64,000 bases of DNA from Eledone cirrhosa (taxonomy: Eukaryota): NCBI GenBank assembly GCA_964016885.1, contig OZ024748.1:33604001-33668000 (forward strand). The letters run 5' to 3'. The notes below the pieces were generated by a model, which had not been told where the DNA came from, did not search any database, and saw only the letters and a program-made list of their open reading frames with translations. The translations under genes were made by a program, and so were the position numbers. Numbering within the stretch: position 1 is the first letter of the stretch; each line of letters opens with the position of its first letter. Shown piece after piece: positions 13,314 through 29,019 of this stretch.

Positions 13314-15770
13314 CCGATACCAGGGCTCGCGTTACAGATTCTGCTTAAATGCACTTAAAGGAATAGCTTCAGGCCAATATGTGAAGCGGTTGATACAGGT
13401 AAGCAGATATGTGAATCCCTGGCTGACTGGACAAGGTCCAACAAGATCAGTATGCACATGGCTGAAACAAGCGTTTGGATTGATAAATGTGCCGAGAGGT
13501 GCGCAAATATGTTTATGCACCTTCGACTTCTGACAAGACAATCATGAACGTGACCAAGCAGTGATATCACGTCTCATATTCGGCCAGAAGAATCTAGCCG
13601 AAATGGGTTTCACTGTGGTGGAAATTCCGGGTGTGCCAGATTGTGTAGAGAGTCGAAAAGTATTTGACGATGAGCCTCTGGGACCAGAGGGAGAGATAAA
13701 TCTGTCGTAATATCACACAGAATCTGAGAGTCTGAGGTGGGTACAGGCAGGTATTTGAATTTTCAGGTTGCTAATTCTGGCAAAGAGAGATCCAACGACT
13801 CTAGGGTGGGCTGTTCTGCAGCAAGGGGATGCAAGTCAATATTCGCAGGTGCTGACAATTAATTGATGGGCAGGCGAGACAGGGCATCTGCCATTTTATT
13901 TTGTTCACCAGGGATATGACGAATGTCATTCGTAAACTGGGAAATGAAGTCCAAATGACGAGTTTCCCGAGGCGAGTATTTGCGCAATGGGACATAAATC
14001 GGTGGTAGTAATTCAAGAGAGCAAGGAACTGCCGCAGCTGTCACAAGGAAGTAGGCGGAGGGAGTTCTTGAAGAGCCTTCACTTTATCAGGAAGTGGTGA
14101 TATTCCCTCTGAGTTGATAATGTGGTCCAAAAAGACAAGTGAAGCAGCGCTGAAAACATACTTTGCAGGGTTAATACATAGACGGTAATCCTGAAGCCAC
14201 TGGAAAAACAGCTTTAAATTGTGAATATGTTCTTCAGCAGAAGAACTGGCAATCAGCAGATCATCGATATAAACATAGACAAAGTCCAAACCACGAATGA
14301 CCTCGTCTATAAATTGTTGAAAAGTGCTAGTGACATTTCTGAGGCCAAATGGCATTGTCAAAAATTCAAAAGAGCCGAAAGGTGTTGTTATTGCTGTTTT
14401 TGGAATATCCTCCGGGTTAACTGGAATCTGATGGTAAGCTCGTACAAGCTCGAGCTTAGAAAATACTGTGCTTTCTTGTAACGAAGACGAAATATCCTGG
14501 AGATGAGGAATAGGATATCTATCAGGAACAGTCATGGCATTGTCTTCTAAAATCGCTCGTAGGTCTCCAATCTCCAGAGCTCTTGGGAACCATATGCAGT
14601 GGAGAGACCCAAGGACCATTGGATGGAAGAATAATTCCCAGTTGGAGCATGTGATCAAACTCTGCTTTTGCCCCCTTGAGTCTGTCCGGAGGTAAATGAT
14701 GAGGATGAGAATATACTGGAGCTCCGTTTGTAGAGATGAAATGTTTTGTAGAGTGAGCAGGACTATCCACTTGGAAATTTAAGTTAGTAAGCGCCGGAAA
14801 AGAGTCCAAAAGTTTATGATATTCATCTCCTGTAGCAGTGATGAAAAATGTCGGGCTAACCGAAGGAGCACTGGAATTTTTGTCACAAATTGAAAAGTTG
14901 GTAGTATTATCCAGGTAAGCTATAACAAATATCCACTTAAAGTCGCAATTTAGAAAGTGAGATCTAAGCAAACGTTTTGATAGGCAAATGATTCACTGCA
15001 GGGTAATCTCTGAAGGAAGGGGAGTGTCCTTAAAGAATTTCACAGGACAAATACTGCAAGAAGCCAGAATCCACTAGAAATAGCTTGCGCAATACAAAAT
15101 CTTCCACGAAACATGCATGGTTAGGAAGATGTGTACTGGAGACAGCTGTCATGCTCAGTGTCCCATGCTTGCGTTTCCTGGTTTGACATAAGAACAGGGT
15201 TTAATGCACCTACGAGCTCTTTCCGCGAAACACTCGTGGTACCAGCAAATTAGATGAAGAAGCAGGAAAAAAAGAATGGTATCCCAATGAGGAGGGACGA
15301 CTGAACGATCGTTGTCGCCCCTAGCGGGAATCCTCAGAAGCATGCATTTCCTTTATCTCACGAGTCAACTCCAGGATGGCCTATAACATTACTGAATCGA
15401 CGTTGGGAGTAGCTGCTGCCACTGTAGCAGGTGGTAGAGACGAGCAGTACATATTTTCAAAAAGATGCGGTCCGAATGGAATAATACGACAAAGGCGAGA
15501 AAAATCCTCAAAATACAGGATTGACCAATACGGCAAAGAAAATATCCTAAGCGACCTGTTAAGTTCTTTTCCCAAATATTTTAAAAATACCAAATGAAAA
15601 CAAAACAGAATTAAAATTTTTGCCAATAGCGGTGAAGGTGAAAAATTACCTTCAGACTGTCGCACCATGCGCAATTTTTTATATCCTCTAGTGTAGTAAT
15701 TTCAAACTTAAAAATGTTTTCTTCAAGGAATATTTAACACAGAAATATTCCTATGTCGGTAGGTCACCAC

Positions 15771-16174
15771 TTTAGCAGATGAAGGTATTTAGAATAATAT
15801 TTTTGGTTGTTCGCTGTATTTCATATTGGGGCAGATATGATTCGAAAGAGATGATATGTTAAGGCTGCGTGTTTAAGGTCGGTAGTCCATGTGAGAGGAT
15901 CAGAGAGGAAAGAACCGCGAGGATAATTAACATAGGATTTATTTTTTTCTTAAAATATTACAATAAAATGCTAGGGGCTGTTGTGGCATATATCTAGGTA
16001 AGGGGTTGCTGGGCCCTTGTCGAGAGGGCCAAAGATCCAGTTGCCAGTTACTCCAAGGAAGGGATTTATATAACCTTGTTTTAAGGAGAACTGCAACTGG
16101 TTTTTTTTAAAGTAAAAAATAAGACGCAAGTTTTTTTAGTTGGGCGGAAGTTGTTTCTCGGTATTTCTACTACA
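15771..16174 (-). repeat. Putative 5' LTR of the decayed Gypsy
   Basis: The minus strand starts TGTAGTAG at 16174, has TATATAAA near 16065-16072, and ends just before the TGGTGACC PBS. Confidence 0.6.
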
Positions 16175-16419
16175 CTGACTTAGAGGCCCGGTGATTTACC
16201 AAACACAACCCAATTGTTCCACTGCGGTAAGTAGTGCCTTTGTTTACTACAGCATCTTCTCCTTCCCACCTTTGGACTAGTTCCACCAGGGAGTTGGATG
16301 AAGCTTTACTGAAGTGGAGAGAGCTGGGTTTGTCAGCCCCAGTTACTGATGAGGATAGACGGAAGCAGAGAGTATAGAACAATCTTTATTCAAGGGAAAC
16401 TTTCAACTCTTTCTTTGAT

Positions 16420-17290
16420 CTTTCCGATCAATTTTCTATGTCCTGCTTACTTTCTGCTAGCACAAAGTTATCAGGGGACAGGATTGATGCCCTGCCTGTG
16501 GCCAACATTGGTGGCTTTCTCAGTCAGGATGCACTCCACATCTCCATTGCACTTTGTATAGGAGCTGACGTCTGTGGGGGTCTGAGATGCTGCTGTGGTA
16601 GGTCACTCGACTCCACAGGTTTACATGGTTTGTCATGCCACCTGAATGCTGGTCATTTTGCCTGTCACACCGAGTTAAACGGTGCCCTGGCTCAGGTAAA
16701 TATCCCCCCAGTTCTGGAGCCAGCTGGGTTATCCAGAAGTGAAGGGAAGAGACCAGACAGTCTTACCCTTTGTCCCTGGGTGAAAGGTAGATGTCTCATC
16801 TGGGATGTGACAGTCAGTGACTGTTTTTCCCCCTCCCACATCATGGACGCCGTGGTAAATGTGGGGGTCACTGTTTCTGTTGCCGAACAGAAATACCAGG
16901 ACTTATCACATAATTATTTTTCCCAGTCTGTGGCATTTGAGAAGTTCAGTGGAGTCGGGTAGGTGTCAGCGAAGTTCTTGTCATCACTGGTGGCTCACCT
17001 TAGTGAGGTGTCAGATGATGTCTGTGAGGGTACCTGGTTATTTCAGTACCTTAGCCTCACCTTACTGAGGTGTCAGGTGATGTCTGTGAGAGTACCTGGT
17101 TATTTCAGTACCTTAGCCTCACCTTACTGAGGTGTCAGGTGATATCTGTGAGGGTACCTGGTTATTTCAGTACCTTAGCCTCATCTTACTGAGGTGTCAA
17201 GTGAGGGTACCTGTTTATTTTAGTACCTTAGCTTCACTATCACCTGTCGTAATAATGCCAGTGTGTTGGCTTGCCTCAAAGTGTGTAGTT
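16420..17290 (+). mobile_element. 3' fragment of an RLE-type non-LTR retrotransposon (CRE-like)
   Basis: LDSTGLHGLSC...HTELN...EPAGLSRSEGKRPDSLTLCPW..GRCLIWDVT (zinc knuckle plus PD..D restriction-like endonuclease). Contains a ~59-bp tandem array at ~16995-17235. Confidence 0.75.
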
Positions 17291-17385
17291 AACCCCTAAG
17301 GTGGGAAGTGGGTGGTGAATTGCCCACACCATTTTTCTTTCTTTCCTTTATCATTGTTGTTCAATGAACTATATTATTATACACG

Positions 17386-17480
17386 GTTAACTTTGCCTTT
17401 CATCCTGACGGGGTCGATAAAATATAGTACCAGTAATGTACTGGGTATTTGCTGGCCTTGTGCCTAAAGTAGAAACAATT
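17386..17480 (+). mobile_element. 5'-truncated tRNA-derived SINE (Nin/Deu-domain)
   Basis: actttgcctttcatcctgacggggtcgataaaat..agtaccag, flanked by the direct repeat attatacacggtt. Confidence 0.8.
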
Positions 17481-18193
17481 ATACACGGTTTAGACATTAT
17501 ATTTGTAATGTTCTTCACAACGAATTGCGAGTAATTTATAATGATATTTACATATTTGTAATGTTATTCAGCTGTAAATTTATACAATTGTAAATAAAAT
17601 GAAGTTTTGACTGTTAAATTGATATAACTGAATGTATTAAATTATCTCGGGGACTTTCAACGTGTAACACCGGTTTCATTATGAGCGGGGAAACATTGTC
17701 AACGATACCACGTACCTGGTATCTTAATTATAAATTTAATTAATTTAATTATATATTGTGTAACAATTATCTCATGTTAAGGCGAAAGTTAATATTCTGT
17801 AGATAACATAGAGTGAGCTACATGTTTTGGGGTAGGTGTTCCATCACCTACATGATTAAATATTTCATTTCATGAGAAACTAGGTTACATCGTGAATTGG
17901 TTGTTCCACATTTTACAGGACAGTGAGAAATAGGTTTAAATCACCTACATCTGAACAATTAGCTTTCCTGGTCTTTCTTGACTTTACACTTGGACTTGAA
18001 ATATAAAGTACGTATTATTTGTATTGTTAACACAGCATATATTGTGTACTTTTCTACACTACAGGTAAAACAATCCTCATTTATTAAGACACAAACACAC
18101 ACACACACACTCTCTCTTACACTTTCTTATACCGACATCAGACTTACACAGTCATATATCTTCAGAACTTCGAAGAATTGTTCAAGAATTACT

Positions 18194-19443
<1,250 letters not shown>

Positions 19444-20194
19444 TAAAATAAACACAAAATAACACACACTGGTGAAAAACCTTTTACACAGTGTAATATG
19501 TGGGAAATGTTTTTTTCTAACAGTTACTTAGACACAAACACACAGAGGAAGGAAAGTTTTTAACTGTGAAACATGAGATATCCTTCCTCTTACAAATCTC
19601 AACTTATTTTCCACCAATATCAAATGTGATTACTTGGCAGTTTGATAGACTCCAAACATTGCTGGCCATTTTCACAAATATATTTTCATTTGAAGTTAAA
19701 ATCTTTCTCTGATCTATTCTTCACTTTTTGAATTAATTTTAAATCTATGCCAGAAATTTCAGCATTGGTTTGTTAACACCAACATTCCCTGTTATAGCGT
19801 GTGTAATTAAGGGACCCTCTATCACCTGAGGTAATGTCTTCTCTGCTATGATAAATATTAGAGGCCTACACCAATATTCCCTGTTGTAGTGTGTAATTAA
19901 AGGGCCCTCTATCACATGAGGTAATGCTGTGAGTGTCTAGTCTCAAAAATTTTAGAGGGTAACACCAACATTCTCTCTTATAGTAATTGAAGGAGTAGTT
20001 TTACCTGTTTTTGTTTTTCTTTCTGACTCCCTCTTTTATTGATTTTATTGTTTTGTAAATAATTTATTAATTTTTCATAATAAATTTTATAAAGTGTATT
20101 TATGTCCAAAATTTCATTCTATTTGTTGTTAATAAAAGAATTATATTTAAGGAATTTATCAAGTCTGTAACTTCAACTTTTTGTTATTTTGCCA

Positions 20195-20750
20195 CCTAAA
20201 TCTCTGTTACACCATATGTAATGATATCACCTTGTAAGTAGTTTTAATACATCTAACACCCATCTAAATCTCTGTTATTAACACCATATATAATGATATC
20301 ATCTTGTAAGTAGTTTTAATACATCTAACACCCATCTAAATCTCTGTTATTAACACCATATATAATTGTTTCTACTTTTGGCACAAGGCCAGCAATTACC
20401 CAGTTCATTACTGGTACTTTATTGTTATCGATCCCGTAAGGATGAAAGGCAAAGTTAACCTCGGCAGGATTTGAACTCAGAATGGCAAGGACCGTAACTC
20501 TATGCGTCAAAGCATGGCGTCCGACCCTCTACCGATACTGCCAATCCACCGCCCTTAACACCATATATAATGATATCATCTTATAAGTAGTTTTAATACA
20601 TCTAAAACCCATCTAAATCTCTGTTATTAACACCATATGTAATGATATCACCTTGTTAGTAGTTTTAATACATCTAACACCCATCTAAATCTCTGTTATT
20701 AACACCAAATATAATGATATCATCTTGTAAGTAGTTTTAATACATCTAAC
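20195..20750. repeat. ~64-bp tandem repeat interrupted by a SINE
   Basis: Unit ccatctaaatctctgttattaacaccatatataatgatatcatcttgtaagtagttttaatacatctaacac. Confidence 0.85.
20364..20554 (-). mobile_element. Full-length tRNA-derived SINE (Nin/Deu-domain)
   Basis: Reverse complement of the 39628-39811 copy, flanked by the TSD ttaacaccatatataat. Confidence 0.88.
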
Positions 20751-21821
20751 ACAAACACTTCAATTTTTTTAAATGATTAAAATTCTATCACTCTTCGTAT
20801 ATTTTACAACTGAAATTTAGAAATTTGACAATATCCTGGTTATAGGGCCATAATTTTGGTTCTATCATTGTTTCCCTAAAGTAACAAGAAAAATTAAAAC
20901 TTTAGTCATAAAAGATCACAAACTGTTGAAGTATTAGTTTTTTGTTGTTGAACTTGTAGTAATGGAGATTTCTGGCATTCTTGGTCCCTATACCACCTCC
21001 CTACTAACTGTTATCAGGGTGGAGTAAGCCACCCACAGGAATGTCTTGTTAAACTATAGTGGTGGAGACAATTGTCAGACTTGGTCCCTAAACTATCTCC
21101 CTACTAACTTATTAGGGTGGAGTTGGCTACACACAGGAGAGAGCCCCACAAGTTTTAAAAGCTATTGCAACACATCTGACCTGCTGTCCCCCAGGGTAAC
21201 CCCCTTTCACCATTTTGTCTTCTCCTGGGACCATAAGGTAGCTGGTACCTAGTGCTCTCCATGCCAGAGAGAATTCTCCCACACTGTCCAGGTTTGTATC
21301 ATTGGGGGTAGTGATGGTATAGTTTACTGATTGTTGTTAGTCACAGTCCATTATAAGAAATGTTTCAAGAAATATGAAACAATAAATATTATTTGCTAAA
21401 ACTAGTTAAATCTCTATTGATTTGTAAATTAGGCTCAAGAGCAGCAGATTTAGGAGAGGGGAAAAGTTGATTAAATCAACCCCAATACATTACTGGTAAT
21501 ATATTTTATCAACTCTAGAATGTTGAAATAATTATTTGACCTTGGTAGGATTTGAACTGAGAATGTTAAGAACCAGAACAAATACTGCAATGATATTTTA
21601 TCTGACGCTCTACCAATTCTGCCATTCTACCATCTTTGTTTAAATCTATATTAAAGTAAATGTAGAATATGTCCATCTACCATTTGAAATTCTACTGAGA
21701 TAGGCCCAGAACAGCACAGTAGTGTTTCATTAGAACACATACACACACACTTTTTCTTACCTAAATTTCAGTCTTACACTAATATCAATTCTCAACTTTT
21801 AAATATACTTCAAGAATTACT

Positions 21822-22860
21822 ATGGAGGACGTTAAACATTTCTAACGCTTCTGTTTCTACCAATATAGATACAGTTACACAGACATACTGTGGTGAAATA
21901 TGTGGGAAATATTTTGCTTCTAACAGTAATTTAACTGTACACAAAAGAACACATACTGGAGAGAAATCCTTCCACTGTGAAATATGTAGGAAATCTTTCT
22001 CTGAAAATTCTAGTGTTGTAGTTCACAAACGAACACACACTGGTGAAAAACCTTTCAATGTGAAAAATGTGGGAAATCTTTTGCTTGGAATGCAAATCTT
22101 GTTAGCCATATACGTAGCCACACTGGAGAGAAACCTTTCCATTGTGACATATGTGGGAAATCTTTCAGTGAGACAAGTAAGCTTGTTGGGCATATACGTT
22201 TCCACTGTAAAATATGTGGGAAATCTTTTGACAATAGCAGTAATATGATTAAACACAAAAGAAGTCATACTGGAGAAAAACCCTATCATTGTGAAATATG
22301 TGGAAAATATTTCACTGGGAATGTTAGTCTTGTAGTTCACAAATGAACACACAGCGGACAGAAACCTTTTAAATGTGAGAAATCTTTTGCCACTAGCAGT
22401 CATTTAACTGTCCACAAAAGAAAACATACTGGAGAGAAACCTTTCCACTGTGAAATATGTGCAAAATCCTTTGCCACTAGCAGAGAATTGACTGTCCGCA
22501 AAAGAAAACATACTGGAGAGAAACCTTTCTATTGTGAAATATGTGGGAAATCTTTTGCCACTAACAGTCATTTAACTGTCCACAAAAGAACACACAGCGG
22601 AGAGAAACCTTTCCACTGTGAAATATGTGGGAAATATTTTGCCAGTAGCAGTCAGTTAACTGTCCACAAAAGAACACCCACTGGAGAGAAACCTTTCCAT
22701 TATGAAATATGTGGAAAATATTGTGCCACTAACAATAATTTAACTGTACACAAAAGAATACATGCTGGAGAAAAAACCCTTCAACTGTAAAATATATGGG
22801 AAATCTTTTACACACAACTCTGACCTGGTTGACCATGTATGCAGCCACACTGGTAAAATC
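21822..22860 (+). pseudogene. C2H2 zinc-finger pseudogene, paralogue of 18194-19363
   Basis: Same start context (caagaattactATGgaggacgttaaac). TGEKP fingers are broken by frameshifts and stops. It shares 3' flank sequence with 19560-19740. Confidence 0.88.
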
Positions 22861-23264
22861 CCTTTTGTAGCTGATATAGTCACAAACAAATATTTATGCA
22901 TGTAACCGAATGTGAGACTGTAAGACAGACCCCTCTCCCCATCTTGTCTGGGAAGATGGAAGACCCACTTTAGTACTGACTTGGACTATGTAGACCTGTT
23001 CAACCCTTGTTAACAGGGAAAGTGGGCTTTAAACAATGAAGATTATAATCACAAACACACACACTTGAGGGAAACCTTTTAAGTATAAAATGTCAAACAT
23101 CCTTTTACAAATCTAAAGCTATTGTCCACCAACATTGTGAGGGAACCCTTAGCAGTTCTATAAAGTCCAAACATTGCTTGTCATTTTTGTAATGATATTT
23201 TTAGTTGGAATTATATTTTTATTAATATCTGATTCTTGTCTTCTTGAATTCATTCTTAATCATA

Positions 23265-23640
23265 ATCATCATCATCATTTAACATCTATCTTCCACGCTA
23301 GCATGGGTTAGATGGGAATTGTCCCACTTGAGGCAAGATTGATTGGGTGACCGTGTCTTGCTCGTATAGGACTGTATCTGGCAGGGTTTCTACGGCTGGA
23401 TGCCCTTCCTAACAGCAACCATATTTACAGTGTGGACTGGGAGCCTTTTCACTGCGTCTCCTACAGGACAACTTAACAGCATGGACTAGGTGCTTTTTTG
23501 TTGTGACACCTATGCAACCTCTTTAGTTTGGACTGGATGTTCTGTGGTAGCAACATAACTTTACAGAGAAAGGGTGGGGTTGGTGGGAGTGGGACGATGG
23601 AGTTGGGTTGTATATTTGGTTAAGAGGTGCCTACTGCTAG
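23265..23640 (-). mobile_element. SINE/LINE-tail repeat (related copies at 47310-47610 minus and 51240-51540 plus)
   Basis: (cat)n tail, aacatctatcttccacgctag and ctacggctggatgcccttcc are shared between the copies. Confidence 0.65.
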
Positions 23641-23689
23641 TAAAAACCTACTGCTAAGCTACTGGTTAAAATATTTGTTAATCATGTAA

Positions 23690-24010
23690 GAGTGTATAGC
23701 TCGGAGATCAGATAGTCGCTCCAGGTAGAGCCGCTACTTCTCTGAATTGAGAGACCACAGTTCTGATACTATGGACATATGGTCAGAATATTTCAGGAAA
23801 GAATTGCTGGACAGATTTTACAGGCAAAACAAACCGGCAGGTCACCCAGAGGTAGACTCCGAGCAAGATGGTTGGATAACGTCTATGAACTTGGCTGGTC
23901 TCAGTTAGAGATTCAGCTGTATCAGTTGAAGATGGTTGCTTTAGACAGGATCCACTGGAAGGAGTGTTTGTGGACTTTGCCCCCACGACACCCTCAGGAA
24001 TAAGTGGGCG
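23690..24010 (+). mobile_element. LINE RT C-terminal fragment (related copy at ~25905-26690)
   Basis: RPQF*YYGHMVR...GRSPRGRLRARWLDNV. Confidence 0.7.
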
Positions 24011-24059
24011 ATACATCCGCAGTTCCATGCTTGTATGGATTTGAAGGGTCATTTTCAGC

Positions 24060-25895
<1,836 letters not shown>

Positions 25896-26824
25896 CGGGT
25901 TGGAAGTGGTATGACGACTGGTGGGTGTAAAAGTAGTTGGCTAGAATTTACAGATAACATGGTGTTATTTAACTCAACAGAAAATGATCCCAGATGTGAA
26001 CTTGATAGGTTTGCTACCAAGCCCTGCATGACAGGACTAAAAACTGGTGCTGTGAAGACTGAGATACTCCTCCTCTCAGGGAAGCCTGCACAGTACACCC
26101 TACATGTGAGTGGAGTTCCACTGAAGCAGGGGGAGTAGTTCAAGTATCTAGGGTCTGTGTTCATGAATTGATGAAGGCAAGAGGCAGAATTAAATGCAAA
26201 AATTACAGGAGCTAGTGCAGAAATGTGTCAGCTTCAACATTCAGTATCAGAAGAAGGGAGGTAGGTGTAAAAGTAAAACTCACTGTCTTCAATTCAGTAT
26301 TTGTGCCAACCCTTACCCTTGGTAATGAATCTTGGGTAATGACCAAAGTATCTATGGTGTAATGTTACTTGACATAGTACGCAGCTCAGAGATCAGAGTT
26401 ACACCAGGTAGAGCCACTACTTATCTGAATTGAGATATCACAGGTCCACTGTTATGGACAAGTGGTTAGACTGTCTCAGGAAAGAATTAGTGGACAGATT
26501 TTATGGGCAAAACCAGCCTGCAGGAAACCTAGGTGTAGACTCCAAGCCAGATGGTTGGATAACATCCATGAGCTTGGCTGGTCTCGTTTGGGGCTCCAGC
26601 CAGATCATTGGAGAGGGTTCCTTCTAAGAGGACTTGCTGGAAAGTATGGTTGAGGACTCTGCCTCTATAACCTTCCAGGAATAAATACGTGAAGAAGATG
26701 AATATCACCAACATTCTCTGCTGAGCAGTTTATGGAAAGCAAGATGGGAAAATTGCTTTGTCTCTTCTGCCATTAAATTGATATAAATTCTCCATTACAT
26801 ATATCTATATATGTATATGTGTAT

Positions 26825-28705
26825 CATCATCATTTTACAGCTGCTTTTCCCTGCTTGCAAGGGTGGGATGCGTCCTTTTCAGCACAGCATCTCTCCATTT
26901 GTCAAGGTCCCTCATCATCTCTGTGAGCTTCAGTGATCTGAGGTCAGCTCTCACCACCTCTGCCCATGATTTTCATGGTCTTCCTCTACTGCGACTTCCT
27001 TCTACTGGGATTTCTTGGCACTTCTTTACCCAGTGGTCATCCTCCATGCACATCACATGTCCATACCAACGCACTCTTCTCTCATGCACACTACAGCTTA
27101 TCCCTCTTATACAGTTTCTCTCTCAACTCAGCTATGCTTGGTCGTTCACACACATTGACATTGCACATTCAACAGAGGATGCTTGCTTCATTTCTCTCCA
27201 GCCATTGCATATCCTCCACAGTTGCTGCTCATGTCTCGCTACCATGCATCATATAAGCAGCCTTTCATTCGTAGGGAGAAACCCTTCTTTGTCAACAGTG
27301 GAAGCAGCTCCCTAAACTTCTTCCAACCCATCCTTATTCTAGATACTATGGCCTCGGAACACCCTCCTCCCTTGCTAATCTGATCACCTATTGTGTCCTT
27401 GAGCAAGACACTTTATTTCACATTGCTCCAATTCACTCAGCTGTAGAAATGAGTTTCAATGTCACTAGTGCCAAGCTGTATCAGCCCTTGCCTTTCCCTT
27501 GGACAACATCATATATAGAGTATATATGGTATGTATACATTGTATATACAGAGTATATAGTGTATATATTGAGTATGTAGTGTGTATATAGAGAGTATAT
27601 AGTGTATATAGAGTATAGAGGGTGTATATAGAGAGTAAGCTGTATCAACCATTGCCTTTCCCTTGGACAACATCAGTGATGTAGAGGGGAGACTGGTATA
27701 TATGGGGAACTGCTGGTCTTCCACAAACAACCTTGCCCAGACTTGTGCCTCAGAGGGGAACTTTCTAGGTTCAAATGGTATGGACACACATGTCCATACC
27801 AACACAGTCTTCTCTCCTCCACACCACCTCACATTCCTCTTAAACCCAACTTATCACTCACCTTGTCCAACATCTACCTTTCTGTTACACTTACATTCCA
27901 CATCAAACAAAACATGGTTGCTTCATTTCTCTCTGGTCTACACATGTCCCCTGCAGTCACAGCCCGTGTTTCACTACCATGTAGCACCACATGTCCCCTG
28001 CAGTCACAGCCCATGTTTCACTACCATGTAGCCCCACATGTTCCCTGCAGTCACATCCCATGTTTCACTACCATGTAGCCCACATGTCCCCTTTTGTCAC
28101 AGCCCATGTTTCACTAGCATGAAGCACAACATGTCCCCTGCAGTCACAGCCCATGTTTCACTACCATGTAGCCCCACATGTTCCCTGCAGTCACAGCCCA
28201 TGTTTCACTACCATGTAGCCCACATGTCCCCTTCTGTCACAGCCCATGTTTCACTACCATGAAGCACCACATGTCCCCTGCAGTTACAGTCCATGTTTCA
28301 CTAGCATGTAGCACCACATGTCCCCTGCAGTCACACCCCATATTTCACCACCATTTAGCACCACATGTCCCCTGCAGTCACAGCCCATGTTTCACTACCA
28401 TGTAGTACTGCACTCCTCATCAGCCTTCCTTTTGTACTTAGGGAGAAACCTTTTGTTGTCAACAGTGGGAGTAGTTCTCTAAACTTCTTCCATCTTATCC
28501 TTATTCCAACTATTATACTCTCACAGCACCCTCTGTTAATTAGGTCACCTAGATAGTAGAAGCTATCAACCACTTCTATAGATCCTACCTGTGACTAGAA
28601 GAGGTTTATATCATTGGTAGTCTTCTTCTTGATTACTCCTGTGTATTTTCTACATACAAAGTTATCCCTTCCTGTTAGTCTACTTGTTATCCCACTATTT
28701 ACATT
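26825..28705 (-). mobile_element. Stacked RTE-type LINE 3' fragments with an intervening SINE (27390-27780)
   Basis: GWKKFRELLPLLT.KGFSL and LHGSETW motifs occur twice. SINE core tgtgtccttgagcaagacacttt...cagctgtagaaatgag. Confidence 0.75.
27940..28403. repeat. ~45-bp tandem minisatellite (~10 copies) derived from LINE RT sequence
   Basis: Unit cacatgtcccctgcagtcacagcccatgtttcactaccatgtagc; the minus strand encodes LHGSETWAVTAGDMW. Confidence 0.9.
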
Positions 28706-29019
28706 GCGTATGCCCTCCCACCCTAATTATCCACCATAACATAATCCAATAAAAGTACAGGAGAGTAACCTCTTGTCAGTCTAATGCCATAACCTACACA
28801 CCCAACACCCTACTGATAATACCTGCACCACCAACACACACTCCACTACAACTGAGACCTTCATCATGTCACCCCACCATTATCACTGGCTGGTAAGAAA
28901 TATAATAAACAAGGTCACGATGGGAATGTCCATCTCTAGGTCACCATGCCAACCTTCTGCTTTTCAAACATGGAAAGCCAACACCAAGCCATCTTCCACC
29001 CCTAGGCAGAGAGTACCCC

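Larger units (their letters stand above)
11650..16174 (-). mobile_element. Decayed Ty3/Gypsy LTR retrotransposon
   Basis: gag CWYH..F..ARRC..PC (15155-15343), RT ([20 protein letters not shown]), integrase (HVHTDLVGP, YHPASNDMVER). PBS-like TGGTGACC at ~15762-15769. No 3' LTR seen. Confidence 0.92.

Noticed and set aside
16346-16370. Other CTGATGA matches (16346, 24959, 30300, 34940, 37752) as hammerheads
   Set aside because: They lack a stem II hairpin followed by GAAA..UH and a complementary stem I; most lie within TE coding relics.
17978-18193. N-terminal extension of the ZNF ORF from the TTG at 17978
   Set aside because: Non-ATG start running through a (CA)n tract, likely intron or UTR. 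Paralogue homology supports the ATG at 18194.
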